A stretch of DNA of 63,872 nucleotides, counting the filler, from Reticulomyxa filosa (lineage: Eukaryota; Protista; Foraminifera): the NCBI GenBank assembly GCA_000512085.1. It is 24 parts of 24 records of this genome, joined end to end, with 100 filler letters (N's around TTAATTAATTAA, not from the genome) between each part and the next. Parts side by side here need not be neighbours in the genome. Positions count along the whole stretch, not along the records: positions 35,705 to 37,769 come from ASPP01021225.1; positions 37,870 to 39,507 come from ASPP01028142.1; positions 39,608 to 42,538 come from ASPP01021439.1; positions 42,639 to 44,384 come from ASPP01029332.1; positions 44,485 to 45,489 come from ASPP01046642.1; positions 45,590 to 46,692 come from ASPP01026542.1; positions 46,793 to 47,913 come from ASPP01008400.1; positions 48,014 to 49,966 come from ASPP01021855.1; 16 more parts are not named here. One strand, written 5' to 3'. Positions 35,705-49,150 of the stretch are shown one piece after another (position 1 is the stretch's first letter; each line of letters starts with the position of its first letter). A model generated the notes under the pieces. It was not told where the DNA came from, did no database searches, and saw only the letters and a program-made list of their open reading frames with translations. A program made the translations under genes and the position numbers.

Positions 35705-37769
35705 AATGGGATATCAATAGTCCACGAGGCACTAGTCCACCACCCGAAGAACACACAAATACTAGAGTCATTGGGATCAATGATTGGGAAGCTATGTAAA
35801 GCCGACAAAAAAACGGCATCGAAGCAAATCAAAGAGTGTGGTTTATTTCAGCAAGTCTTGGTTCATTTATCCAACACAAAGGATTCGGTTGACTATGCGC
35901 AAATCATACCTTTATGTAATTTGATCAACATCATCGTCGAGGCCGAGCCATCTTTTTCTCAGCAGTTTTTTGACAAAAAAAAAAAAAAAAATGATAATAA
36001 TATATAAATAAAAAATAAATATTTTTTTAAATTAAAAGAATAATAAACTCCGACGTCGTTCAAGTGTTATTAGAACACATGAAAACGTTGGAAACGAACA
36101 AAACGATAAGCAATGCGACAGGTATGAACCTCGTCGAAGCCATTGTGCACACATTGAATCGATTGACATCTTCCAATACTCAATCTCTCGCCAATTATGA
36201 CGGCCATCATATCATGCTCCAAGCACTTCGACATTATGCCGTTTCTCCTCAAATTGCCATCGATGTCACCCAGTGTCTACAGGTTGTTGTTTTTTTTTTT
36301 AAATGTCCCCTCTCCCTTTTCTTTCTCAAAAGATAATGTAGGAACATAATCCAATAGAGGAAATACGTATACTTTTTTTTTTTTTTTTTTGCAAATATAT
36401 TGTTGTTTCAAAATCCCCACAAAACAAACAAACAAAAAAAAAGAGTGTGGCTAAATTGGATGAAAAGTATTTGAGCAATTTACAGTTGCAAGGGGTGGTG
36501 AACAGTATATCAGCAGCACTGACGTATAATCCAGAGAACGGCACGCTAGTGAGAGAGGGCAAAACGGCTTTGCAATTGTTTGCCGCAAGTCGAGACTTGG
36601 AAAATGCTTTGCAAATTATTCAAACAGCTTATCGTAATGGATTTGATCACTTGCATTCGGATTTATCTTCGGTTTTTTGTTTTTTTATTTGTCAATGAAC
36701 TCAAATAAAAAAAAATAAGAAAGACGATATACATAAACATATATACATATATATATGTATATATGTTTATGTATTTGTATAGAGTATTCAATTACTTGCA
36801 AACTTGGCCTTGATTCCAAGTCATTGCGATTACATAGTGACAAAAGGTGATGGGATTCAATTGTTGGTCGGATGCATCACGTACTTGCAAAAGAAGGTGG
36901 ACAGCGGAGATGACTCAGTCGAATGCATCGACATTTTAAGTGGTTGCATTCGCGCTTTGGGACGACTATTGACGGATGATGACAAAATCCTTGCTTTTCA
37001 AAAGTTGATCTTTTTTTTTTTTTTTATAAAGGTTTTGAAATCCCATTTGTGTGCACTCCTCCATATATAGATGCCATGGGGTGAGGACATTGCAAGGTAT
37101 ATTGAGCAATAGCAAGGACGAGGAGACCATAATGAACGCATGCGTGGACTGCCTGCAGCACATGCTGGAAAGCAAGATGGGAAGAGACTTGGTGCTGTTC
37201 GAAAAGTACGGACTGATGGAAGACATAGTGGACGCGTTCGGACGACATCCCGAGTACGACTCGATGGTGAACAAATTGGTTTGCATTTTGAGTAGCGTAG
37301 TGGACACACCGGTACTGTCCAAATTGATCCAAACCACCACGATAACAAACAGCATGTGCAAACGCATTGTGGAGCATTTGCGTTGGGACGCGACCGCTGA
37401 CGCCTCAGTCAATGTCATCAAAATGACCGACCTAATGGACTTGGTCATGGATGTCAATCCGTCTGTCAGTGATATCCTTGTGAAACAGACGGTCCCGCAA
37501 AAGCTCGTCGCTCTCATTGAGCCCTTTCGACTCGACAAAGACGTCTTGGCACACATCTTCCAAGCACTTACCAAGCTGGTCAACTGCAACCCTCTGCACG
37601 AAATCACGCTCGCCGAGTGCGGCGTCATCCCCCTCTTCAATGACTTGGAGCCCATTATTGTCGAGCCGTTGCAATCCGCTTTGGAGCATGCCAAGATGCG
37701 TCAGCAATTGTTGCATCAAAACATTTCTTCTAATAATAACAATAACAATAATAATAATAATAATAATAA
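35705..37769 (+). CDS. Armadillo/HEAT-repeat protein (internal multi-exon fragment)
   Basis: Amphipathic helical repeats (GIQLLVGCI, GVRTLQGIL, GVIPLF..); about 5 exons with GT-AG introns. Confidence 0.7.
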
Positions 37770-37906
37770 NNNNNNNNNNNNNNNNNNNNNNNNNNNNNNN
37801 NNNNNNNNNNNNNTTAATTAATTAANNNNNNNNNNNNNNNNNNNNNNNNNNNNNNNNNNNNNNNNNNNNGGGGGAGGAGCTCTTTCAAAAATAATAATAC
37901 TGCATA

Positions 37907-39049
37907 ATGCGACTGCCGCAACATAGACAAGAGGAGAAGCCCTTTTTGCATGATAAGCTCCGTGATCTGAAATCGCTGTTGGATGGCAATAAAGACTCTG
38001 ATCCGCGAGGAGTAGGTAAGACACGAGTGTTGCCCTGGCTGGTATTGTCAGCGACGTTACTGTCGCTATTTGCGTGTGTGTCGTTTGTATCACGACGATG
38101 GGACAGCGACGGCGAGCAATACGGCAAGAGTGACTTGCACCTGGACCTGACATTGCGCAACTTAGTATCAGTGAGCATCGGATTATCGCAACTGGCGGGC
38201 GAGCGTATACGTAAGGTGAAGCAGTCACATAAGGAAGGAGTGGAGATCAAAGGACAGACCAACGAAGGCGTGGACGAGCCAGTGACAGTGGCAGACAAGG
38301 TATCGAACAGTGTATTCATCAATGGATTCAAATCGATCTTTGGCAATGACATGCAATTAGTAAGCGAAGAGACACAGCCAAAGACAGAAGCGATTATTCC
38401 GCAATTGGAATTTGTGGACACTTTTGTCGGCGGCGATCGCATTTTGAACAAACAAGACATATCAATCATCGTCGATCCATTGGATGCCACGAAGGAGTTC
38501 ACTGAAGAGACAGATGTCGACGGCAGTAACATGCTGCCATTTGTCACCACATTGGTATGCATTGTCGAAAAAGCTCAACCGATCGCTGGGATTATATATC
38601 GGCCTTTTGCTTCGAATGAACCGGTTATTTGGGGGATTGCCACGCCGCATGCGCGGCATGTTTATCCCAATATTGCCAAGATCGCCACTGGCGATAGTGC
38701 ACATCTCATCGCTGTCAGTCGGTCGCACACGGGAGATGCCAAAGATATCGTTCGTGACGTCATTAGCGATCCCAGCCATTCGTATCGCTCTTTGCCCGTC
38801 GGAGGCAGCGGCTATAAAAGTTGGCTCGTTTTGACCGGACAGGCCGATGCTTATATCCATGTCACCAAAATCAAAATTTGGGATTTGTGCGCTGGACATG
38901 CTCTTCTCAGGGCTGCTGGTGGAGATGTCACTGACAAACGTGGAAATCCTCTGCTTTACAAATCTGATCAGCCCGAGTTCAATAATGGACTGGTCGCTGC
39001 TCTTCATCGAAACAAAATTGATGCTATTGTCAACAAACTTTCTTCATAA
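37907..39049 (+). CDS. IMPAD1: Golgi-type PAP phosphatase (IMPAD1/gPAPP/BPNT2-like), inositol monophosphatase superfamily
   Basis: N-terminal signal anchor; VTVAD, LVSEE, IVDPLDATKEF, VSRSH, GGSGYK, IKIWDLCAGHALL. Confidence 0.88.
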   Translation: MRLPQHRQEEKPFLHDKLRDLKSLLDGNKDSDPRGVGKTRVLPWLVLSATLLSLFACVSFVSRRWDSDGEQYGKSDLHLDLTLRNLVSVSIGLSQLAGERIRKVKQSHKEGVEIKGQTNEGVDEPVTVADKVSNSVFINGFKSIFGNDMQLVSEETQPKTEAIIPQLEFVDTFVGGDRILNKQDISIIVDPLDATKEFTEETDVDGSNMLPFVTTLVCIVEKAQPIAGIIYRPFASNEPVIWGIATPHARHVYPNIAKIATGDSAHLIAVSRSHTGDAKDIVRDVISDPSHSYRSLPVGGSGYKSWLVLTGQADAYIHVTKIKIWDLCAGHALLRAAGGDVTDKRGNPLLYKSDQPEFNNGLVAALHRNKIDAIVNKLSS

Positions 39050-41802
39050 CCATTGTTGTTGTTTGTTGTTGTTTGTTGTTGTTATCACTGTTCTCAACTC
39101 TTTAGCTGTTTGATTTGTATGCGTTATTCACTTTAATTCATAATCAAAAATTATTATCTATTATTGGTTTGGTCATCTTCTCTTTTTAATATATAACTCA
39201 TTTTATATGGCTGTCTTTTTTCAATTTGGAGTCTGACAGGAATTATTTTTTTTTACAGACAAACGAATGGCTACATTAGTCGAGTGAAAAGGTGTTGTCG
39301 ATTGAATGAGTAAAACAAAAAAAAAAAAAAATTGATAAGAGCAAACGTAAACAAAACTGATTCAGAATTTTATTGATGAATACACTTAAAAAATTATAAA
39401 TACAGCGACATAGAGACAAATGAAATATAGAATAAAAGCGTTCATGTGATATTCAATGTAAGTATTGAATTAAAATTCACGATACATCAATCAAAAACCG
39501 GATTAAANNNNNNNNNNNNNNNNNNNNNNNNNNNNNNNNNNNNNNNNNNNNTTAATTAATTAANNNNNNNNNNNNNNNNNNNNNNNNNNNNNNNNNNNNN
39601 NNNNNNNGAACAACCAACCGATGATGTGGGAGGTGATAATGCTGGCAACGACGCAGGTGATGATAACTACTAACTTTTTTTGTGTGAAAGTCAAAGTGAA
39701 GTGGTGTAAATGATTTGTATGAATATTTGAAAGCCATTGACCAAAAGTTACTGGGCTTTTTAAATTTTTCGAATTTATAGCTTATGAAATCTTTTGACAA
39801 TTTTTTTAGTTCTTTTAAAAAAAATTTTTAAATCGTTACATTGACTTTAAGTCGTTAATAAGATAAATACTGTCAAATTAATGTTGTATACGTTATCCTG
39901 TACAAAAACATAAACTGTACTTTAAAACCGTGTACAAAAATAAAATTATACGTAAATTGATTATTATTTAATTTTATTCGTCTAAGATATCCAAAAAATG
40001 TTTCGCAAATTGCTTTTTTCTTTTTTCATCGCAATTGTTGAACAAAGTGTTATATGATTGCCTAAACAATCAAAAAACATATCAAAAGTAACAGAAGAGA
40101 TCTACTTCCAAGAGTATTTGGATGTCTTGGATAACTGTGGATTTCCTTGTTTTGTCGTTTTCTTGGCTTTTATCACTTTTTTTCTCGGTTTAAACGGGTT
40201 TTAAGCAGGACGTCATTGAACAATTTTTTTAAAAAAAAAGGACAGGGGTAAAAAAAAAGATAAATGAGGAAAAAAAACACATAACATTTTAAAAAAAGAT
40301 AAACAAAGTTCCAAAGAAAAGACAGGCCTCACGAGAAATAAAAATGGACAACAAAAAAGAACTTGGACCGAAACAAGAGAGTCGAAGCAAAAATGATAAA
40401 AACGACAAAGTCGTAGCGAAGAAGATGTAGACTGCGTCAATGATAGTCACCTCAGTAATGGCTCGGATGATTATATCTTGTTGAATAAGTACTTTACTAT
40501 TGTGTTGTCCACCACTTTGCAGTTGCAGCCCAAACATACTCATATTTATTTCAGAGACTATTCCAATGTGACACTATCCACAGCGACGCAGTTGCAATCA
40601 TAACAATAATAACAATAATAATAAGAGCAGTAGTAATGGCAACAAGTATAGCATTCTAATACATTCTCTTTATAGTTAAACCAGAAACATTGCAAGTATT
40701 GGGCCACACAAAGTATCACTTGGCTGGTTGTCCCTCTCTTGTGATGGACCGCCATTTCCAACGTCATTTTGGACCAAACCTATGGAGCGATATGCGTGCA
40801 AATTTTTCACACTCTTATTTTAAGTATTTGGTGTGGAGCGCAGTACTCGGTCATTACTCCACAGTCCTATCCTTTGTTACCGCATTCCATTACCTTGGAT
40901 TAAGACTCACACTTTGGCCACGACATACTCCACGATCACTATGCCATTATTTCAATTCATTTCTCAATTTTTTTTACAGACTTATGAGGTTTCACACGTA
41001 GAAACATTTAAAAAAAAAGGAATGCCAACATAAATTATTTTCATTTTTATGCACTTTTTTGCTTAAAGCGACTATATTAAAAAAAGTGAAGATAAAATCG
41101 CTTTCTTTTCAAAATTATCAAATTTTAATGGAAATATGTAATAAAAATACGCTCACAAGTTTTGCAGTTACAAACGTACATTCACTTACTTAAAACTAGA
41201 TGTTTATTTTCTTTAATTTTGGTTTTATAATATACTTTTTTAGGAATTTTTTTATAAATATTCATTGTTTTACAGGTTAAAAACTTTATGAACTTTGCCA
41301 AAATTCGAAGATCGAATACAATTTCTTTACAAACGTACTATATATGAAGATTTAATTTGTTTTCAAGAAAATAAAAATTACACAAGTTACAAATTTAAAC
41401 AATGACAAATGGCTTATTTGCTAGTTGTGATGAAGCACTTGTGCAAACTTAAAGAGAGAAAATGGAATCACTGTAATGAAACACAAGGAAAAAACATACA
41501 AACATAAAGAACTAGAATGAACAAAAAACAAAACAAACAAAAAATAAACAAAGAGGCTAAAAAAAGGCAAATAGAAAGACTACAAAAAGACATAAAAAAA
41601 AAAATTGCTGCCCAGAGTGAAAAAAAAAAAATCTGGGATGGATATTAGAACTTTCCAACATCAAAAAAAACACACAAAAACAAATCTAAGATGGCAAACA
41701 CCAACTAAGGTGATACAAACGACCATTTTTGGCCGTTTGAATATTTTCTCATGACTTGTCTTCATTTTTCCTAGCCCTTGAACTATTACGAAAGACAACA
41801 AG

Positions 41803-42490
41803 CTAATTTTTGTACATTGGACTAACCGGTGCCTTTGGTTTCCAAACTCCAACAGCCTTTTCATGTTTGCTTTGAGGTATTCCAGGTACTGCACGGCACG
41901 AAATGACCTGTTCATTTTTATTGGCACCACGGACAGGTTCATTAGTGACGACAACACCATTTTCGTTATTCTGCTTTCCACTTACACTTTCATCCTCTTC
42001 ATCTTTGTCGACATTGCCGCATTCACTTTCATACGCATCATCGTCTTCATATTCGTGACAGCAGTCATCATATTCACTGCTTCTCTCACTTTCATGTTCC
42101 TTTTGGCTGGAAGCCTTCTCATCTCCGACGTTTTCCGATACTAACACAAACTCTTGGCATTCCGAATGAAGGGCCGGTAAAGGTCCATAGTGCACATCCA
42201 CCTTTCCGTTCAACGACGATATTGCGCGCTTAAAATGAAACTCCAACAGTAATGGATGAACCAGCAGAGAGCAATAGCTAATAAATTCTTCAAGCACAAA
42301 CCAATGTCGGGTGTATATCGAAGGAAAAAGGAAAAAGGAAAAAAAAAAACAAATCTGCAAAAGTATTTTTGAAGGCCTAAGAGACAATATCCTTACCTGA
42401 TAAATCCAGCGTTTCCTTTCCTTTCATAAAATCTTGAGCCTGTTTTTGTGAGTTGGATTTTGTGTGGAATTTCTCTGGAAGGTTCATCTG
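41803..42490 (-). CDS. Hypothetical protein, 3' exons with acidic tract
   Basis: Coding-like ORF with a GT-AG intron near 42320-42397; no recognisable family. Confidence 0.45.
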
Positions 42491-42733
42491 CGCATTAAAA
42501 ACAACACATGATTATATCAGCACATTAAAAAAAAAAAANNNNNNNNNNNNNNNNNNNNNNNNNNNNNNNNNNNNNNNNNNNNTTAATTAATTAANNNNNN
42601 NNNNNNNNNNNNNNNNNNNNNNNNNNNNNNNNNNNNNNGTGCGTGCGCATTTTCACTATTGAGTCAACATCATCGCGGTTTACATTCAAACTATCTTTTT
42701 CTTTTTCATTCAGTCATTAAGTAAGATTCTGGA

Positions 42734-43406
42734 TTACAATATAACATAGGCATGCATGTTAAAAAAAAAAACATCTTTTCTATTATTAGTCAATTCAACT
42801 CGATCACCAACGACATAGTCACGAGTTGTTGAATAGTATGGATCATTATAGTAATTTCTTTTACGATATTGCACTTGCCAGATCATCGATGGTTCATTCA
42901 CGTCATTGCTGTCTACAGGTGTGCTGTTGTCGTCAAAGTCGGCGAGTCGACGATTATGAGTGGTGAAATAACCTTTTGCGATTTGGTTTAATGCAGCTTT
43001 GTTTACAAATTCATTTAAACATATATTTAAAAAGGCCTGTTCGTGGTGTCTTTTTGTCACAATGTTGTCTTCATTGTGTTCGCCCAAGCTGCGCACAATT
43101 CTCAAAATCTGTTATCGTTGTCATCAGCTCTTCTGTTAGTTTCAAAATATCTCTCTCTTGGAGTATGATGCGGTCTTGATGCACACTCAACCGTCGCTGT
43201 AGCATGTCCGCCACTGGTCGCAGTTGTGGTGTCATGTTTTTCTTTTCGAGGATCCCTTTTTTCGTTATGTCTGCTTTGGAGGATCTTGACTTTAAAAATG
43301 ATTGCAAACATTGTTGACGTTCACCAAGTTTACTTCTTTCCACTGTTGGATATTCTATGGGAGAGCCCTTTTTTTTTTTAACTGTATCTTTTTGACAAGA
43401 GATCAT
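42734..43406 (-). pseudogene. Frameshifted coding remnant, possibly leading into a CAP-Gly domain
   Basis: Two overlapping frames; ends with YVVGDRVELTNNRK, like the start of CAP-Gly, but no GKNDG motif seen. Confidence 0.3.
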
Positions 43407-44855
43407 AGCTTTAAAAAGATGTGTTTTTGACAGGTAATTGTATACGCTGTTTCCCCCTTAGCGACTACTTTTTCATCATCTACGCAAAAAAAAAAATAAA
43501 TTTATATTTGTCAATCTGATCCTCACCCTCTGGAATGTTCAGAAAGTATAATTTTGTACAATGGTAACAAGTCGCTTTTTTTAGGATGTACATGCCAAAT
43601 ATCATCGGGTTGATTGTGTATACATTTACCTGTGATTTTTCCTCTGTTTTCTCGTATTTGGTAACATAATATTATACATCATATGTATTTGTCGTTGTTG
43701 CAACAGAAAATGCAACTACACCAATTAGAACCTAAATTGAAAGAATTTTTGAACGAAAAAATTGAATATGTTAATATTCAAATCTTATGATGCCATCATT
43801 ATGAAATTTAAAAAATCAAAATCTCTTCATTTTGAAATGTCAACTAAACTTTTTGAGTTAAACTTTGTAGTGTGGTAAATGTAAGATGCACATAATGGAT
43901 AAATATTTTTCCGAAAAAAAGTCTGCAAATTTATTTGTTTACTCACCAGTTGCATTCTTAATTTTTCACAATAATTGATCCAAACTTCTTCAGAATTTTT
44001 TAAAATAATATTTTAGTAAATTTAAAAATGCAAAAGTAGTGAATATTTATTGTTGCAATAATATAGATTTTTTAACAAATGTTAATTGTCGCTCATTTTT
44101 AAATCTTTTACTCTTATCTTTTTACTTGTGTCACGAATAACAAATTTGCTGAAACAGAAAGCTAGTGTGCTGAAGAAACAATGTTATCTTTTATTCTTTA
44201 ATTTTAGTTTAAATGTGTAACAAAAAAAAAATTTCAAAAGATTTGTGATCCATTGTCTGTTTTGCACATCATTTGTAGTATTGACATATTATCACATCTT
44301 TGTGCATTGCATTACAATTCAACAACATTTGCTCATTTGTATTCGATTCAAGAATTGGAAATTGTGTGTTTGCATTTTATTGTGNNNNNNNNNNNNNNNN
44401 NNNNNNNNNNNNNNNNNNNNNNNNNNNNTTAATTAATTAANNNNNNNNNNNNNNNNNNNNNNNNNNNNNNNNNNNNNNNNNNNNTAAAGTGATTTTAACA
44501 ATGGTCATCGTTTTTTTTTTTTAATGAAAAAACTTAACTTGCTTTTTGTGTGACGATACATGAATGAAGGGCCAATAATAAAAAGAGTACATTTTTTTAA
44601 TCAGCTTTTTGAGATAATTTTTCTACAATTGTATTTGCACTTTTGATCCTCTTTAACACGACTTCACGTTAAAAAAATACTCACATGAAATTCTTGCAAA
44701 TCTATACATATTTCTGTTTTAATTTGTGTTTGTACAATTCGAAACAACAAACAAGGTTACAAAACACAGTTTCTTCCCCTCCCCCCCCCCTTGCATTTTC
44801 TTGTTTTGGTATTCCTTTTCTGACACCTTCCATTTTTTCCCCAGTGGCAATAATA

Positions 44856-45258
44856 ATGTCTCACTTAGTGCAACCAACAATTTTATTACTAAAAGATGGA
44901 AGTGAACAAGCTCAAGGAAAAGATCATGTAATTCACAACATCAACGCCTGTCAAACAGTGTCTGAAATTGTGCGAACGACATTGGGTCCTCGAGGAATGG
45001 ACAAATTGATTTACACTCAAAACGGAAATGTGACAATTTCAAATGACGGACGAACAATAATTGATTTATTGGACATTGTCCACCCAGCCGCCCGAACGAT
45101 GGTCGACATTGCAATTGCCCAAGACAATCAAGTTGGCGATGGCACGACGTCGGTGGTCATTATCTCTGCAGAGTTGCTGAAGCAAGCAAAAGCATTTATC
45201 GAAGACGGTGTGCACCCACAGTTAATCATTAAAGCCTTCCGCAGAGCCCAAGAAGCAG
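44856..45258 (+). CDS. CCT7: Chaperonin CCT subunit eta, first exon
   Basis: PTILLLKDG..QG..NINACQ..VRTTLGPRGMDKLI, DIVHPAA, VGDGTTSV, IEDGVHPQLII. Confidence 0.92.
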
Positions 45259-45589
45259 TTACTTTCAATTGATGTTTTTTTTTTTTTTTTTTTTTGGTGG
45301 AAAAATTGATTCGCAAAAGCGGATGCCAAGGATGATAACAACAAAATTAAACACGACAGGTTTCTGATAAATTGGATCAATTGGCAATTGATCATAAATC
45401 GGAAGGGTATGTATGTACAATCTCTGTTGAAAGTCTAAATATAATTTCTTATTTCTGTTTTTTCATATTTCCTTTTTTTTTTTTTTTTTNNNNNNNNNNN
45501 NNNNNNNNNNNNNNNNNNNNNNNNNNNNNNNNNTTAATTAATTAANNNNNNNNNNNNNNNNNNNNNNNNNNNNNNNNNNNNNNNNNNNN

Positions 45590-46438
45590 ATTATCATTAT
45601 TATTGCTATTGCTATTGTCATTGACTTGGATGTCCTTTGAATGTGTCGTGTGATGCAAGTCTCCCATCAACTCAATCTTTAACCACAAATTATCAATGAC
45701 TGTAAAGTCGTTGCTCATTTGACTGTACGAACTGTTCCTCGTCGCCAGAAACTGAAACGATGGGTGCGCACGGATCATTTCGTTGCGATGCGGCAACAGC
45801 AGCTCGCGGTTTTCTAACAGTGGAATCAACGCCGTTAATACGTCCTTCGAACAGTGGTCAATGTTTTCAATTATCAACCACTTTCCTTGTGATACCGCTT
45901 GTGTCAATGCCCCTGGTTGCCATACAAACTCGCCTGGCGTCGATGTGCATATGTATGTACCTAATAATGTCTATTTCATCACAAACATTGTTTTTGTACA
46001 CCATATGTATGTGTATGGTGCAGTACACTTTGGGGGGGGAAAGGAAAAAAAGTGCGATATTGCGTAGATTGTGTAGGTGAAGTAAGTGTGTGTTTTTTTT
46101 TTTTTGCTTGTTTGAGATTGTTCACACTTCACTTTGGCATCCATTTGATCGTCCAAAAATATTCGAACAGCTCGGTCCCATTGATTCAGTTGTGTAGCCA
46201 AATAATAAATCATCGACGACTTGCCACAGCCTGTTGGACCCTCGATCAACACAGGCTTGCCAACGGATATTGCCAAGGCCGCACTCCTCAAATTATCGAC
46301 ATTGTTGCTTAACACAAGGTATTCCCAACCTTTTTTACTTTGTCTCTGTTGTTGTTGTTGCTGAGGGGGCCCATGCTTTATCGGCTTCTTCTTCGTCGAG
46401 TATGTTGGCAAGTTTATGCCACATATCGATACATACAA
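45590..46438 (-). CDS. MDN1: Midasin (Rea1) first AAA domain fragment
   Basis: PVLIEGPTGCGKSS, LDDQMDAK, LLGTYICTSTPGEFVWQPGALTQAVSQGKW, LIPLLENRELL, AHPSFQFLAT. Confidence 0.92.
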
Positions 46439-46814
46439 TTGTCGTGCTGATGAACTACCTCGTTTGAGTTGCTTTTTTTTTTGCTTTTTTCCACTTTTGC
46501 GCTTGGAGGATTGTCCACTGCTTTGTCTACATCCATTTTCTCTGTTTCCATTTTCTCCTCTTTGCCTCTTTTTTCACACTTTGCCAATTTTTTTAAGTTG
46601 TTATTTTCTTATTTCCTACTTTTTTTACAAAAATGGTTATTTCAAATGTTGCAATATGGACAATAATAGTTTTATCAAAAAAAAATTGACCCNNNNNNNN
46701 NNNNNNNNNNNNNNNNNNNNNNNNNNNNNNNNNNNNTTAATTAATTAANNNNNNNNNNNNNNNNNNNNNNNNNNNNNNNNNNNNNNNNNNNNATATACAT
46801 TTGTATATTCTTCA

Positions 46815-47866
46815 TCAGTAATCGAACAACAAAACTTGGAAGAACATTGGTTTCATATCCAACTCGGTACAAATTTTGTGAAAGAAGTAAAGAATGTAGG
46901 AGTTGAGTTTGGGTCCATTGGTTAGATAATCCTCCAGCAAGTACATGTATTGCATGACAATGGAATTGGTGGCATACGTATACAAATATCTCTGAAAGTC
47001 AAATTCGATGGCAAAGGTGCGGTCGACTTGTTCTTGGTCTTTCGCTTCGTCTTCATTTTCTTCGTTGACTGCATTCGTCAATTCATTGCTTTTGTCATCT
47101 TTGTCATTGGATTTAGATTCAAACATCATCTCCGTCGATTCGGATTTTTGTTCGGCGTTCATTGGTCGGTCTTCTGTTTTGTGTTCTGTCCCTGTTCCTG
47201 TTCCTGTTCCTGTTCCTGTTCCTGTTCCTGTCTCTGTCCCCTCCTCCTCATCATTTTCCAAGATGAGATCGGCAGACAAGGGACGAGTTGCTGAATGCTC
47301 GAGTCCGACGTTGTTTTCAATCGAATCCGTGTTGGATTCGTGCGTCATCAATTCATTCTCATCTTTGTTAAGTTGCTTTCTCTTGTCTGCGACAGTCATC
47401 TTTTTGGAAATTTTCCCCACGTTTTTGGAAGCCGTCGATATTTCAATGCGATTTTCGGTATGCTTTTGCAGACTTTCGACCAGACAGAACAAATAATACA
47501 CCGCCTCCACCAATTTGGCAAGAAAGTCTTTGGTATTTTTGTTGGGCTTGTACTTCTTAATGCAATCGTGCAGCAGCTGCGGACCCCTTTGGTCGAAAAA
47601 TATATCTTTGAAAAGCGAAAGTCCGTTTTCGCGTGTGTTGGCATTCCCGTAATGGATCATCGAATATATGCCACGCAGCTGTGTTTTGTATTGCAATACG
47701 TATTTTGCGTCTCAAGTAAATGCAGTTGTATTTGTTATGGTGTTGTCCTAACCATTTCCTTGTATACGTGCAGAGCGCTTTCGATTGTGTCGCTTTGGAT
47801 TTCAAAGTGCGGAGTGTTGCGTGCCTCCACCAGACTCTGTCCAAAAGTGCATACGCGACATATGTG
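46815..47866 (-). CDS. TIMELESS: Timeless/Tof1/Swi1 internal fragment
   Basis: DFLAKLVEAVY and EFDFQRYL..ATNSIVMQYMYLLEDYLTN..LN..FFHKI..L.MKPMFFQV match the Timeless core; (GT)n/acidic insertion. Confidence 0.8.
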
Positions 47867-47878
47867 ACCAAGTAATTG

Positions 47879-47909
<31 letters not shown>

Positions 47910-48013
47910 AAAANNNNNNNNNNNNNNNNNNNNNNNNNNNNNNNNNNNNNNNNNNNNTTAATTAATTAANNNNNNNNNNNNNNNNNNNNNNNNNNNNNNN
48001 NNNNNNNNNNNNN

Positions 48014-49150
48014 ACTTTTCAAGAACAATTCAATTCTTCATTCACACAATTACATCAACAAGGAAAACAATTCATTAATTTGAACCTGAGAGAATTACTT
48101 ATTAAAGAAAATCAATATTTTGGATATTTATTTGATTCAACTCATAGTAAAACGAATAGTAAAAAAAATAAATTGATTGAATCATGTTTACGAAGTATGT
48201 GGAGTTGTGTATTATCAAAACCTTCTTTAAAACCTTATCCTTTGAAATTTGCTTCAAATCTTCAATTAAATCGTGAAATTCAATCTAAAAATATTAAAAT
48301 TGCAAAAGAATTTTTAGGGAACAACGATGACTGCGATAGTATCGGCTATTTCATTTGGCCATCCTTAATCCGATGCGACACTAATGAGTTATTACATATC
48401 CCTATTACTGCCTGTTACACGAACTTCGATGTTATTTATTAAATAAAAATAATATTTTGCAAAGTAATATCAAACCTAATCATCAAATTACTCCAAAGGA
48501 TCAAAAGGGAGCAAAAACCGAACAAGTTGAAACATTGGAGAACTGGATTAAACAGTACGATATGATACGAGAAATAAGCATTTCAGTTTGACTCATTTTT
48601 TATTTATTTATTTTGTCATATTACAATTTTCTTTTAATTCCTATTTTTTGTGAAGTTGGCTGAGCAGCTTAAAGAAAAAGATGTGGCGAAGAGACAGCGC
48701 AACTACTGGTGCTACTATGTCCTATTTTGCATTGCAGATAGCGCTTATGAAGTTGCATATGGTGAGGTCATTGATAAAAAGAACATTAAGAATGTACCAG
48801 AAAATATTAAGGACTTAGTATTGCAAAAGGCAAGATTCAATATTTCAACAATACAGCAAACAAAGTTGAAATCTATTTAATAAATTACAAAACTTAAAAA
48901 AACAAAACAAACAAAATAAAAAAGACTTAAAGAGGAAATTATGGCGTACTCATGTGAAATCTACAAGCTATTTCGGAGGGGATTACAAATCAAGCCAAAT
49001 TTGAGGTTGCTTAACAGGAATTTCTTCAAAGCGGCTACAAATATCCAACAATCAAAAGGAAATGTTGTTCATGTTTGGTCTGGTATTGGTGCTTTTTCTG
49101 GTGAAACATTTAGGCACTTGTCTGAGTCTATTACATACGAATTTAATTAA
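48014..49150 (+). pseudogene. Mosaic of short coding-like fragments of unknown families
   Basis: Short ORFs 48080-48442, 48650-48880, 48941-49150 without coherent splicing. Confidence 0.25.
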
